Below, in pieces: positions 11,186 through 21,119 of a DNA stretch of 21,427 nucleotides (its first letter is position 1; each line of letters opens with the position of its first letter). The position numbers were made by a program, and so were the translations under genes. The notes under the pieces are model-generated. The model saw only the letters and a list, made by a program, of their open reading frames with translations. It had not been told where the DNA came from and ran no database searches. This DNA is from Ginkgo biloba (lineage: Eukaryota; Plantae; Ginkgophyta), in the NCBI GenBank assembly GCA_024626585.2, contig JANKJI020000002.1, forward strand, positions 113,133,462 through 113,154,888, read 5' to 3'.

Positions 11186-11992
11186 AGGAGACAAATCTTT
11201 TTAGGACTCAAAAAAAAAAAGAACAAGCCACCAACANNNNNNNNNNNNNNNNNNNNNNNNNNNNNNNNNNNNNNNNNNNNNNNNNNNNNNNNNNNNNNNN
11301 NNNNNNNNNNNNNNNNNNNNNNNNNNNNNNNNNNNNGTGAGTCATGATTGATGCATTGGGGCTTATGCATTTGAATGTGACTGTGTTTGATAATTTGACT
11401 CATGATGTTATACTATGTGAAGCAATTTTATCCAATGTGCTTATTTATATGAATATATGCAAATGTGATGATGATAATGGTTTTTGCTTTATATGGAAAG
11501 CTTTATATTATTTGCTAACCCAAGTTGTAGGCTTAAGGTTGGCTCTGTGACAAAATGACATCTGCAACAAATTCTTATGGGAATGCAACAACCATCAATT
11601 CATGTTTTGCAATAATACGCAAGAATGCCAAACAAATTATTGTGTAATGTTGGGTACAATAGAGGATTGCGCATTGTAGTCAAACATATTCTAACATGTC
11701 AGTGGTCTAGGTAGCCAAGCAACTATACAACCTAAGTTAGTAGCAAATGGATATGGTTATAGATATGTTATTGATTTAGGTACAAACACAATACTTTTCA
11801 AAATGGCATTGGGATACAACAAATGCAAAAAATCTAAATTCTAGTTTTATTTTTTGGTTGTTGTAAAAAGATGGTTCTCTTAATAGGAAAAATTACATGT
11901 TGTTATACAAAATGGGGTGGCATAGGCACACACCATGGAGATTAACCTAAAATTGACATTAAGGCTGATGGGCATGTCCTCTAATACGTGAA

Positions 11993-12695
11993 TGTTACAA
12001 GCCAAGAAAACAAAGTAAACCTAATCTTAGAGAATGTGAAAAAAGATAAGCTTTCTTTAGAAGCCAGTGCATGTGTTTTATAGATGTTCACTAGTGCTCT
12101 AGAGAATGTTGTGAATAGATGGAAAATTGTGAAGACTAAGGCCTCAAGGGTGCTCCAATAGAGGGCATCTCCATTCAAGGAATAAAACGTGACAATTAAG
12201 GTCTCCAAAGGGTTTCTTGGGGTATAGGGTAGCCCCAAGGTTAAGCTCAGCGCTTATATGTGGAGGATTGTGCACATTATGACATATGTAGGGGATTGTT
12301 TGGGATTGAGTTAGCCCTAAATCATCATTCTATTGCTCTTAGCAAGGAGTCTCCATCCTCTCTCTTATATTTTGTGTTCTAGCTGGAAAATATTAACCAT
12401 AGAAGTTGATGGTTTTTACTACCATTATTATTTTACATACAATGGGATCGAAGTGTCTTCATTATAGTGATCTTCCAATGCATATATTTGCAAGGAAATT
12501 GTGTAGATCTCTTCTTGGAAGTAAGGCAACCTCATTGGAGGTGCTTGCACAGAGTTTGGCTGCATTTTAGAGCATTAGGAACCCTTCAAACAAGTGACCC
12601 TTCTTACAGCCTAACAATTGGTTTTTGGGTGCAATTTTTGCACTTTTCAACCTTCTACGGCAAGTTGTTGCACTTCTACTTATTGATTTGCAACA
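11993..12695 (+). mobile_element. LTR-like sequence, distant relative of 1071-2009 in opposite orientation
   Basis: Starts TGTTACAAGCCAAGA (vs TGTTATGGCTCAGA). gggattgtttgggattgagttagccctaaatcatcat (~12292) aligns to the reverse complement of ~1630-1667, and tcttcttggaagtaaggcaacctcattg (~12510) to the reverse complement of ~1336-1363. Confidence 0.45.
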
Positions 12696-14209
12696 NNNNN
12701 NNNNNNNNNNNNNNNNNNNNNNNNNNNNNNNNNNNNNNNNNNNNNNNNNNNNNNNNNNNNNNNNNNNNNNNNNNNNNNNNNNNNNNNNNNNNNNNTCCAA
12801 TGGTTGTAGACCTATCATCAAACTCAAACAAGGAATGGTGCAAGGATGAATTCACAGTGAATTCGTTCATAGCCATTAGGGATAAAGAAAGACCCCACCC
12901 AAAAGGGCGGTTCTCTGGTTCAAACCAAACTATGTGAAATTAATGATCTGTAAATGCTATGATTGGGAAAAAGTTTGGTAGACTGATGCAGAATTGATGA
13001 AATGGACTGATTCATATGAGTGAATTGACACACCATCAACCCATTCAGCTCCTTTCCTCCATGCAATCATACCACCATCACGCTTTCCCTTCAAAGCTCC
13101 CTTTCCTAGAGCTCAATCAAATTCTAGAAATTTGAAATTTGTCATGTCAAATAAACAATAAAATTACAGAATTACTTAAACAAGAACATTGAGAATTTGC
13201 AATATAGAAGGTTGAATCTAGAAGTAGACCCAACCAACTCAAACTTTTGAGCCTTCAGCCATATACACATCGCCAGTATGCTGAGATATACGAGAAATAT
13301 TGGCTGCTGATACCACCCTAGAATGAGAAGCCCTGCCACTGAGTGAAGTAGATGGAGTTACAGAAGAAAGCCCTCAACATTAATGACAAAGGGCCAAGAG
13401 GAATATATTGAAATCACTCCCTTTGGGGCCACATTTCACAACTTTGGAGGCTGCTTATTGTACTTTTCCTTATTGTGGAGAGAACGGTGAAGCTTATATT
13501 AGTGTTAGTGATAGGTCTTTTCCCTTTTTATAATTAATAATTAAAAAAAATGATCAATTCTCCAGGTTTCAAGGGTATGGTAGGTGCTAGTGAGTTGGTT
13601 GCATCCACCAGGGTTCTGCATGTAGGATACCATCTGGGTTCGTCTCCATTATGTTTTGGCACTGAGATATGGTTGCGGTACATAGCCAAGGAATATTAGG
13701 TGAGTATTGACATCCAAGGAGTATCGGATATGGATATGGACATGGCATGAGAGGGGGAGTATGTTGTAACCTAAGTTACAACTTCTGGNNNNNNNNNNNN
13801 NNNNNNNNNNNNNNNNNNNNNNNNNNNNNNNNNNNNNNNNNNNNNNNNNNNNNNNNNNNNNNNNNNNNNNNNNNNNNNNNNNNNNNNNNNNNNCTACATC
13901 CTGGTTGTATCTTATGATATTGTTGCTTTATTTATTGCTTTGTTGCAGTAGATTTATATAGTATATGACTAATGATTATTGCCAAAACAATGAACCAACT
14001 GTTGATGTGTGATTGCTTCAGGAAAGTGAAGTAGCATGCAAATAGATTGAACAAAGTGTATGTTTTCTTAGTATTGCCTTTCAAGTAGGAAATCTTATGG
14101 TTGCAGAATTAAACTAAAATGCAAGAATAGCTTCAAGAATATTCCAGGCATGAATTTCAGAGGGAAGGCAGACAATTGACAACTTCAGTTGTGAATTCTT
14201 TTTGTACAG

Positions 14210-14273
14210 ATTTCTAACATCAACACCGTTGAAGAAATATAGCCAGCATGTCAACTGTCACAGCAAATATCAG
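14210..14273 (+). CDS. Possible upstream exon of the AsmA-like gene (targeting-peptide-like)
   Basis: Acceptor tttttgtacag and donor cag|gtttcc. The open frame FLTSTPLKKYSQHVNCHSKYQ joins in phase 0 to 14494. No start codon was found for it; the alternative is the in-frame ATG at 14470. Confidence 0.4.
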
Positions 14274-14493
14274 GTTTCCCCTTTTTCTTGATATTTGGTA
14301 TTTGTGCTTGGCTCAGAGTGTATAGACTTCTTTTGTGCTTACACCTTTGGGGAAAATTACACTTTTTGTGGACGGAAGTCCATGCATTAGCCTATGTATT
14401 TGCTGATTTGGCTTGGAGAGCACATTATTTTTTGTTTGCACTGATGGGTTATTGTTGCTGGAAACTAAAATGTTTAGAATGCTTATGTTACAG

Positions 14494-14839
14494 GCTATTT
14501 TGAGATGGAATAGATCCCTTAGCCCATTGCATGCAAACTCCAGTCACAATGCCTTCTACAGTTCAAGTTCCTGGTCCAAGGGAATTTTCACGAGTTATTT
14601 TGGTCAAAACTTTGTCAGTGTCAAGAACTTTGACCATTTGTCCAGGCATGGTAGAGCAAAGGCTGGCCAACGTGTTAATGTGCTTGTGAAATGGACCAAA
14701 AGCTTGCTATTCAATCTTATCAAAGTTTTTGGCACACTTTGTTTGATTATCTCTCTAGTCATAATTGCAGCACCATCCTTCTTATCATCGTCTGTTGGGC
14801 TACATTCTGCAGTATGGTTAACCAATAAAGTGATTCCAG
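14494..14839 (+). CDS. Exon of a host gene: Ser/basic-rich N-terminal extension, TM helix and start of an AsmA-like (repeating beta-groove) N-terminal domain
   Basis: Acceptor ttatgttacag and donor ccag|gttttg (phase 1), no stops. AILRWNRSLSPLHANSSHNAFYSSSSWSKG...KWTKSLLFNLIKVFGTLCLIISLVIIAAPSFLSSSVGLHSAVWLTNKVIP. Confidence 0.72.
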
Positions 14840-15023
14840 GTTTTGTATTGCTTTTACTCTGCAAACATTGCCAGCAGCCTGCTAGTTTTTAGTCTTTCAT
14901 TATAAACATGCTTATCAGTAAGTAGAAACTGTCTTCCTGCTGCTTATAGTAGAAGCATTTCACATTAGTAGGGAGCATTTTGGAGCTTTGAAACTATCAG
15001 TGATTGATTAAAACACTTTACAG

Positions 15024-15182
15024 GTAAAGCTTCAATAAAGTCCATATCAATTGGATGGACAACACCTGTAAGCATAGAGGAGGTCTTGCTAGAAGGCACA
15101 GATGGTAAAACTGTTCTTGTCATTCCCAAGATAGAGACAAAAGCTTCATTGTGGTCTTTTATTGCTGGCAGAGCCGGCTTTG
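15024..15182 (+). CDS. Next exon of the same gene (beta-strand-rich AsmA-like N-terminal domain)
   Basis: 184-bp GT-AG intron at 14840-15023, acceptor actttacag, strong donor tttg|gtgagt, 159 bp, phase 1-1. GKASIKSISIGWTTPVSIEEVLLEGTDGKTVLVIPKIETKASLWSFIAGRAGFG. Confidence 0.78.
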
Positions 15183-16040
15183 GTGAGTGGAAGTTAGAAC
15201 TATTCCTTCCTTTGCTCAGTTAATTGTTTCTTTTTCATGTTGATCCAACCTCAGTTCACTGTTGCAAGGTCTGCCACGTAGAATGTTAAAGTAAATATAA
15301 TATTCTACCAGTCCGCCATATACAATGTATTAGTGCCATTTTCAACAGGTCGTCAATGTGAAGGTTCAAAGTATTCTTTGTTTTCCATCCCTTTTGTTTC
15401 TATTGTTATGTGCTGTTTGTTCACATTTTGAATATGTAAGGCAATGCTGTATTCCTTATCAGGAATGTGTGTTTTCCAATTCCTTCATTAACTTGCCCCC
15501 TTCTAAACATGCACTGGTGTAATGGTGAGCCCTGTTTCAGTTGCAGTTAAGGATTGTTTTTTTCTTTGAGCCAACTAGCCAGATCTCAGGGGACCCCTCA
15601 CTGTTGCACAAATGGTTGGCAACTGTTTGGCTTTACACATTCCATGTTCACAACATCCATTTGCTCTGTGATCTAGTGGATGAGATGCAACACCTTCAAA
15701 TACCAATTCAAGCAAGTTGTTCATGTGCCTAAACATCCTTGGCATTCATGCATTTAGGATTCCAGTTAGTGCTTCCAGTTTGAAATACAGTCAAGCTAGC
15801 TACGGGGTCTGAATAGGCAAGCATGCATATAAGCTCATTGGAGTCCGCAATTGCCAATAGCAAAGGAATCCTGTCCTGTCATTAGAGCTAACCGACCAAC
15901 ACCTAAAACCTTACCTAAGGATCTTGAGCTAACCTCTATCTGTTGTAGGATCTAACCTATGTGTTGCAATTTTTAGGTCATGGTCTGTTGCACGAGGAGG
16001 AAGAAATCAGGAGAGATAATCACCTTGATCTTCAACATGA

Positions 16041-16400
16041 GTTTCAAGCGCTGACAATATTGTCACCAAAAAATTTGTGGATGGAGGATCGAGTGTTAAC
16101 GTATTCCTGAAGTCAACCTTGGTCAAATTGGGGGAACCTGACTATATTCCTCCCAATTATTCCATACAGTTAGCCAACCAGACTGAGATCCGCCCTCTTG
16201 GTTCCTTATTAGACGTACCTATTACAGTTGAGGGTGTTACTGTAAGACAAGATTTCACAGTGGTTTGCATCAAGACTAGTGCCTCGTAGCCAACATTATT
16301 AGGGCAGCAATGGTTCTATGATACTCAAGCAATTCAAGATTGTGGGAAATGTACATTCACCCTCATGGGCAATGGTAAATGGGTCGTCATCTCCTTGGTT
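16041..16400 (+). mobile_element. Ty3/gypsy (Tat/Athila-like) retropepsin aspartic protease remnant
   Basis: FVDGGSSVNVF...KLG...IQLANQTEIRPLG.LLDVPITVEGV....DFTVV...*PTLLGQQWF contains the catalytic DGGS motif and an LLGRPW-type motif. One stop at 16287-16289. Confidence 0.88.
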
Positions 16401-16984
16401 TCTCATGGATCCCGCACCAAAAATTGCACGGACCTTGAGATTCCAAACACTTGTTATATGTACAACACTGCGTCAAGCACTACCATTGCCAAAGAAGCCA
16501 CTTCCAACTCCTATTCTGAAGTGGAAGTGGCTAAAGATCCTCATAACATGCTCAAGGACTGCCCAGAAGAGCCTAACCTACATGGCAAAATTGAAATCGA
16601 AAATGAGGAATTCTATGTTCAAACACATGTTGCACTAGTTGCAAGGCACATATAGAAGAAGTTGGAGGAGATGGAGGCCGAGATTTGACAGTTGAATGCA
16701 CAGAGACAACTTTCAATAGACCCTCCAAAACATTCGCTCCGAATCTATGAAAGGAGAAGGAAGCCGGTGGTGTTTGAGGAGCAAGCTAAGGAACCAACGT
16801 CGAAAGAAGAAGATGAAGAGGAATTGTAAGGTGACAAAGACGAGTCATCTAAAGAGTCTAAAGAGAGAGGACCAAGGCATAAAAGATCAAATAGAGATTA
16901 GAAGTTGATATAAAATGTCAAGCAGTTTAAGAACATGCAGATTCTAGATTATGATATAACGACACCCGATACTTCATTTTGAGC
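16401..16984 (+). mobile_element. Continuation of the retroelement frame; coiled-coil/acidic, gag-like segment with multiple stops
   Basis: Same frame as the protease: ...*KKLEEMEAEI*QLNAQRQL...EEDEEEL*...NVKQFKNMQILDYD. No RT motif appears before the gap. Confidence 0.5.
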
Positions 16985-17530
16985 NNNNNNNNNNNNNNNN
17001 NNNNNNNNNNNNNNNNNNNNNNNNNNNNNNNNNNNNNNNNNNNNNNNNNNNNNNNNNNNNNNNNNNNNNNNNNNNNNNNNNNNNTGTTTAAATATGTCAT
17101 GTCCATTCATTTGAATGTATCACTTTGAATAGTTTCTCAGTAAACATCCATTGTCATAACTCTCTTCTTCTTTTCTAGTTTCAGATCTGTGAGCAATTTT
17201 ACAATTTTGTGCTAGTAATAAATTGCACCATGCGAAGATTGAATATTGATTTCTCAAGAATATTGTTTGCACTCCTTAAATGCAACGATAGTAGGCATAT
17301 AAGTGTATGGACTTAAAGACCCAAACTTGAGATGGATTACATAGTAAATTGCAACATGGTTGTTGGGGAACCAGAGATGTACTTTCATTCTAATGCAACT
17401 TGGAATATGTTAAAAACAAGTGCGTGCTAGTGTGCATTCACTCACTTCAAAGTGTTGAATTTGTTCAAACGGATCAAGGAAGCCCCATGCTCTTCTTCCT
17501 TTTTTCTACCAACCATTTTCATCAGGTTAT

Positions 17531-17930
17531 TGTTGGCTCAGTGTCCAAGGATCAAGTTGCCTATAGATGATGACTGTCTTGAGTTTTGTTGCTAGTGAGG
17601 TGGGCCAAGTGACACCTAAAGGGGGCCATTTTGGTCGCCAGTGCAACTAAAATAAATAAAGAGATGTCTAAAGTATTGAAGCGATTACTAGTCAAAATGG
17701 GCCGCAATTCAGATTGTGGAAATTGCAACTGGCATGGGGACAAAGTTACTGGCCACGACCTCGTTCCAAAAGAAGAGAAGCAACTAGGAACCGATAAAGC
17801 TGGGGTTGCATAAAAACAAAAGGAACGGACGTCGGTCGATGTGGACGTGCCACTATAGTCAGATGATCGCTCCCTATCACCCCCAATAGAGGAAATCCAA
17901 ATGTTGTCCCCAGTTGGCCCCAAAATGTAG
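17531..17930 (+). mobile_element. LINE (L1 clade) ORF1 remnant with degenerate zinc knuckle
   Basis: CWLSVQG..CL*MMTVLSFVASEVGQV resembles ORF1 WV.LP.LP......L..IAS.IG. After a frameshift, CGNCNWHGDKVTGH (17715-17756) fits CX2CX4HX4C with the last two ligands mutated. It lies upstream of ORF2 on the same contig and strand. Confidence 0.5.
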
Positions 17931-18681
17931 GAAAAAGGAGTTTAAACTCCATGGCACTGCAAGGCTCCTTGGCTTAGCACATCCACAACCATAGTTTCCA
18001 AACGCAGGTGGGTGGAGTTAATTCCCAACGAGCCACTGGAAATAAAATGGTAGGACTAGTTGTAGGTTTTTGAGCAAGGTCTTGATAAATCATAGTGTAA
18101 ATTGTTAATCACAAGGCTTGGAAACCCACTTTCAAATTCATATTTTGGCAAGGGATCTAGTATGTAAAAATAATCATAACTATAAAGTAATAGAGGATAC
18201 AAAACATACCTATGGTAAAACCCACATAATTGTAGTTTGAGTTTCTTACACATGACTTGGAGTATAATCAATATAATATCTTGGAATAGGTGGAACTAGC
18301 TTAATTTCTCATGATGGTGCCTTTATTTTATGATCAATCAGTCATAATTTTTATGATTGGTATGGTAGCATATTATCATGAATTATTGTAAATAAAAATT
18401 AGTTATCCCCTAGAATCAACTTCCTCTTAGAAGTAAGTAACCTTTAAATTGAAACCCTAAGGAACCTTATGTGTCATCGAAACAAGATAATACGTGGCCT
18501 TTGTCTATGCTTGAAGATTCCCATTCTTCTCTATATTAATGATCTAGGAGAAATAAAAGGACTTGTATGTAACAGAGCATAATATGAGAGGCAGATTTGG
18601 ATCTTCTAGAGAATTGATGACCTTTGGCATGCAGGCTATTTTGGAAAGTAGGAATAAAGACCCTAAATACAAAGATAATCA

Positions 18682-19903
18682 ATGAAAGTAGTGCCATGGA
18701 ATGTTAGAGGATTAGAATCAATGGACAAAAGAGCATCGGTGAGAAGATTTTAGAATATAGTTGTGAATTTGGAAATTTGGTGCCTACACGAGGTTAAAAT
18801 GGTTGGCAATGGCTTAATATTAGCATTAGAATATATCTGGAAATAATGGCTACAGATTAGCATTTCTATATATTTGGTGTTAAGACCCCATATATGCATC
18901 ATTTTGAAGGAAGAGGTGGTGCAACTCTTCTTATAAGAGGGGATTTGGCCTTAAATGAGATTAGCAATGGTGTTAGTCCTTGTAAGAGGGTAGTTTGGTC
19001 AGTATTTAAAAGTGCATATAGTACTTTTGGAGTGGCCTCAATCTCTGCTCCTAGTTTTCCAGAAGAAAGGAAATTGTTGTGGGATTGGCTCGCAAACAAT
19101 CTAAATTGTTATGATATTGCATGGATATTTTGAGGGGATTTTAATATGATAGAAAATCCTGGAGATAAGAAAGGAGGCCATTTGTTTGCTTGGAAACTGG
19201 AAGAGAGGATCTTGGTTTAGAATGAAAAGAAGGATTGGAATTGGACCCATTGTATAAACTTGATCCTTCTCCTTGTAGATTTACATGGTCCAATCAATAT
19301 TCTAGAAAGAAAATAATCTTGTCTAGATTGGAAAGATTTATGATTCCTATTTATGGATCTTTTAAGGCCAAATCAATTATTGTTAAACTTCTTGTAATTT
19401 TAGATCATTCTCCAATAGTAGCAATCCTAGAAGAATGCAATGAGAAAATTCACATTAATGATTCCTTGTTCAAGTTAAATTTTTCCTTGATTATGTGAAA
19501 GGCATGCCAAGAAGGGGTTAAAAAATTATGGACTCTTTTCCCCAAGCCGGATGGTAAAGTTGGTTCAATTCATTCATGGAAGAGTGTTATTAATAGTTGC
19601 ATTTTTAAGGATATTTGGGAAGCAAGTTGCTAATATCAGATGAAGGGGACATCACTTCAATGAAGCACAATTCATGAAAGCCACCAAAGTAGTGGAAGAA
19701 GATCCATTTAATGAAGCAAAATAGAGGAACCTTTTGGAGATTAAACATGAGATTAAAAAATACGAGAACTACATTGATCAAAGAGTTAGAGTTTGAAGCA
19801 AGATGAATTGGATTAAACAAGGTGATAGACGATCTAAATTCTTCTTTAATATTCTTAAAGGAAATAAAATGAAAGCCAGAATGGATGTAATCAAAGATGG
19901 AGA
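18682..19903 (+). mobile_element. L1-type LINE ORF2 pseudogene: APE endonuclease and linker, cut by a gap before the RT
   Basis: Ordered motifs MKVVPWNVRGL, CLHEVK, GRGGATLL, VASISAP..ERKLLWDWL, WIF*GDFNMIE..DKKGG, FTWSN..SRLERF, LDHSPI, FKLN and WIKQGDRRSKFFF, with stops and frameshifts. Confidence 0.93.
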
Positions 19904-20206
19904 NNNNNNNNNNNNNNNNNNNNNNNNNNNNNNNNNNNNNNNNNNNNNNNNNNNNNNNNNNNNNNNNNNNNNNNNNNNNNNNNNNNNNNNNNNNNNNNNN
20001 NNNCATGCTTATTCAATGAATAACAATTAACCATCACGTTGGTTTAAGTGGGTCCCACTGGTGTAGTGCATCCAAAATTATGAAGGGGGAAACTACAAAC
20101 CGTGCAAGATGAAAATTTTATATTTGGTCGATGAGGATGTTCAACGTTTGTGGTCGGTGAGATGCATGTAGGCAAATTGACACATTGGGTTTAGCCTTTT
20201 CATTGC

Positions 20207-20390
20207 GATTGCAATTGTAGCAAATGGTTTATGGTTGCAATAATTCTGAGTTCCATTTTGTTGTTTGGTTGCAATGCTACAACTTGATCTTAGGTTGCAA
20301 CAATATCGAATGTTCTTCGGTTGTAACCATGCACTTTTATCTCCAGTTGTAAGGCAACTTGTTGTGATGAGGATTAGTTGTTGGTCGCAA
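20207..20390 (+). repeat. Periodic GGTTGCAA motif array (mostly 26-bp spacing), like CACTA subterminal repeats
   Basis: Motif or variants at 20207, 20233, 20267, 20293, 20319, 20345 and 20383. Confidence 0.7.
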
Positions 20391-21119
20391 CACTAATTGA
20401 CAATAATAAAGATGTAAATATAATTAAGTTAGTTATCAATGTGGCATCTTCTATAATATTTGTAACCACTAGTAATGAAAAGACACGAAAGCATGTATCG
20501 CCACAAGGCAACAACTTGTAAATGAACAATCGATTAATCATTCATGGAGTTCATGAAGTATTCAACAAACTTTTGTATTATGAATTCTTTTGGTAATAAA
20601 ATTGAATTTGTTTTTTGTAGACCACAACCCTAGATATTCATTGTGGATGCATGATTCATTGGTGAGAGTAGTGCACTCGTAACTCCTCTATATCTATCAA
20701 GGGTACGATAACATTTCTTCGTTATCATACATCTTACATGTTGGCAGTTGATTACGATGTGCTAAACGATTGACCTAAAAATTAGAAAACACGTTTTAGG
20801 CAATATGGTTAGCCTTATCTAATTTGATCCATGATCTCGAGTGAATAGAGCCATCTTTATCTGTAATGCAGTAGACTTGTCTTTTCCCATGTTAGTCCTA
20901 GGGGTGATGTCTAAGGAGCATGCAAAGAATTCAGGAGGCAGACAACTCCCAAATTGGCAAACTACTTTTGACTTTGAAACAAGCCATTAAGGCTAATTGT
21001 TGGCCAATATATAGTTGCTAGTTCACTTATAAAGGCAATAAGATCCTCCACTAGGTCCCACCTTAATAAATTGGTGGATGCTAGAGTAGGAACCAATTGA
21101 CCATGTCAATCAATTGTTG

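Noticed and set aside
3291-11347. Paralogous ORFs MQLFFPFQNENKAVENK... (3291-3545 and 11036-11347), and the similar pair 2947-3189 / 10465-10794
   Set aside because: The similarity comes from the DNA repeat. Starts are non-ATG, the peptides diverge where the repeat ends, and no domain is recognisable.
12796-12935. Minus-strand frame HIVWFEPENRPFGWGLSL... and the palindrome gaattcac-a-gtgaattc (12848-12864)
   Set aside because: No recognisable family, an upstream in-frame stop and truncation by a gap. One 8-bp inverted repeat is expected by chance.
13301-13315. tggctgctgatacca, a near match to the reverse-complement tRNA-iMet PBS (also ggctctgtgacaa at 11541 and tggaaatcagagc at 7595)
   Set aside because: Imperfect matches without a convincing adjoining LTR terminus and internal domain.
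13720-13788. gagagggggag-ta-TGTTG as a PPT/LTR junction
   Set aside because: It could equally be a small MITE-like repeat (ggatatggatatggacatgg). The gap at 13789 prevents a decision.
14413-14892. The full 159-aa single-exon ORF as listed
   Set aside because: It starts at TTG and its tail (FVLLLLCKHCQQPASF) is intron read-through. The spliced model fits better.
15349-15524. Candidate downstream exons at 15349 (GRQCEG) and 15463 (ECVFSNSFINL)
   Set aside because: The 15463 candidate hits a stop in the required phase 1, and the 15349 micro-exon does not restore the frame.
2100-18460. Isolated AAACCCTAA telo-box motifs (~2100, ~4657, ~18452)
   Set aside because: Single copies in AT-rich TE DNA, with no telomeric array or linked gene.
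1087-20030. ORFs in the track containing long X runs
   Set aside because: Artefacts of N gaps. Only the LINE linker part of 19803-20030 is meaningful.
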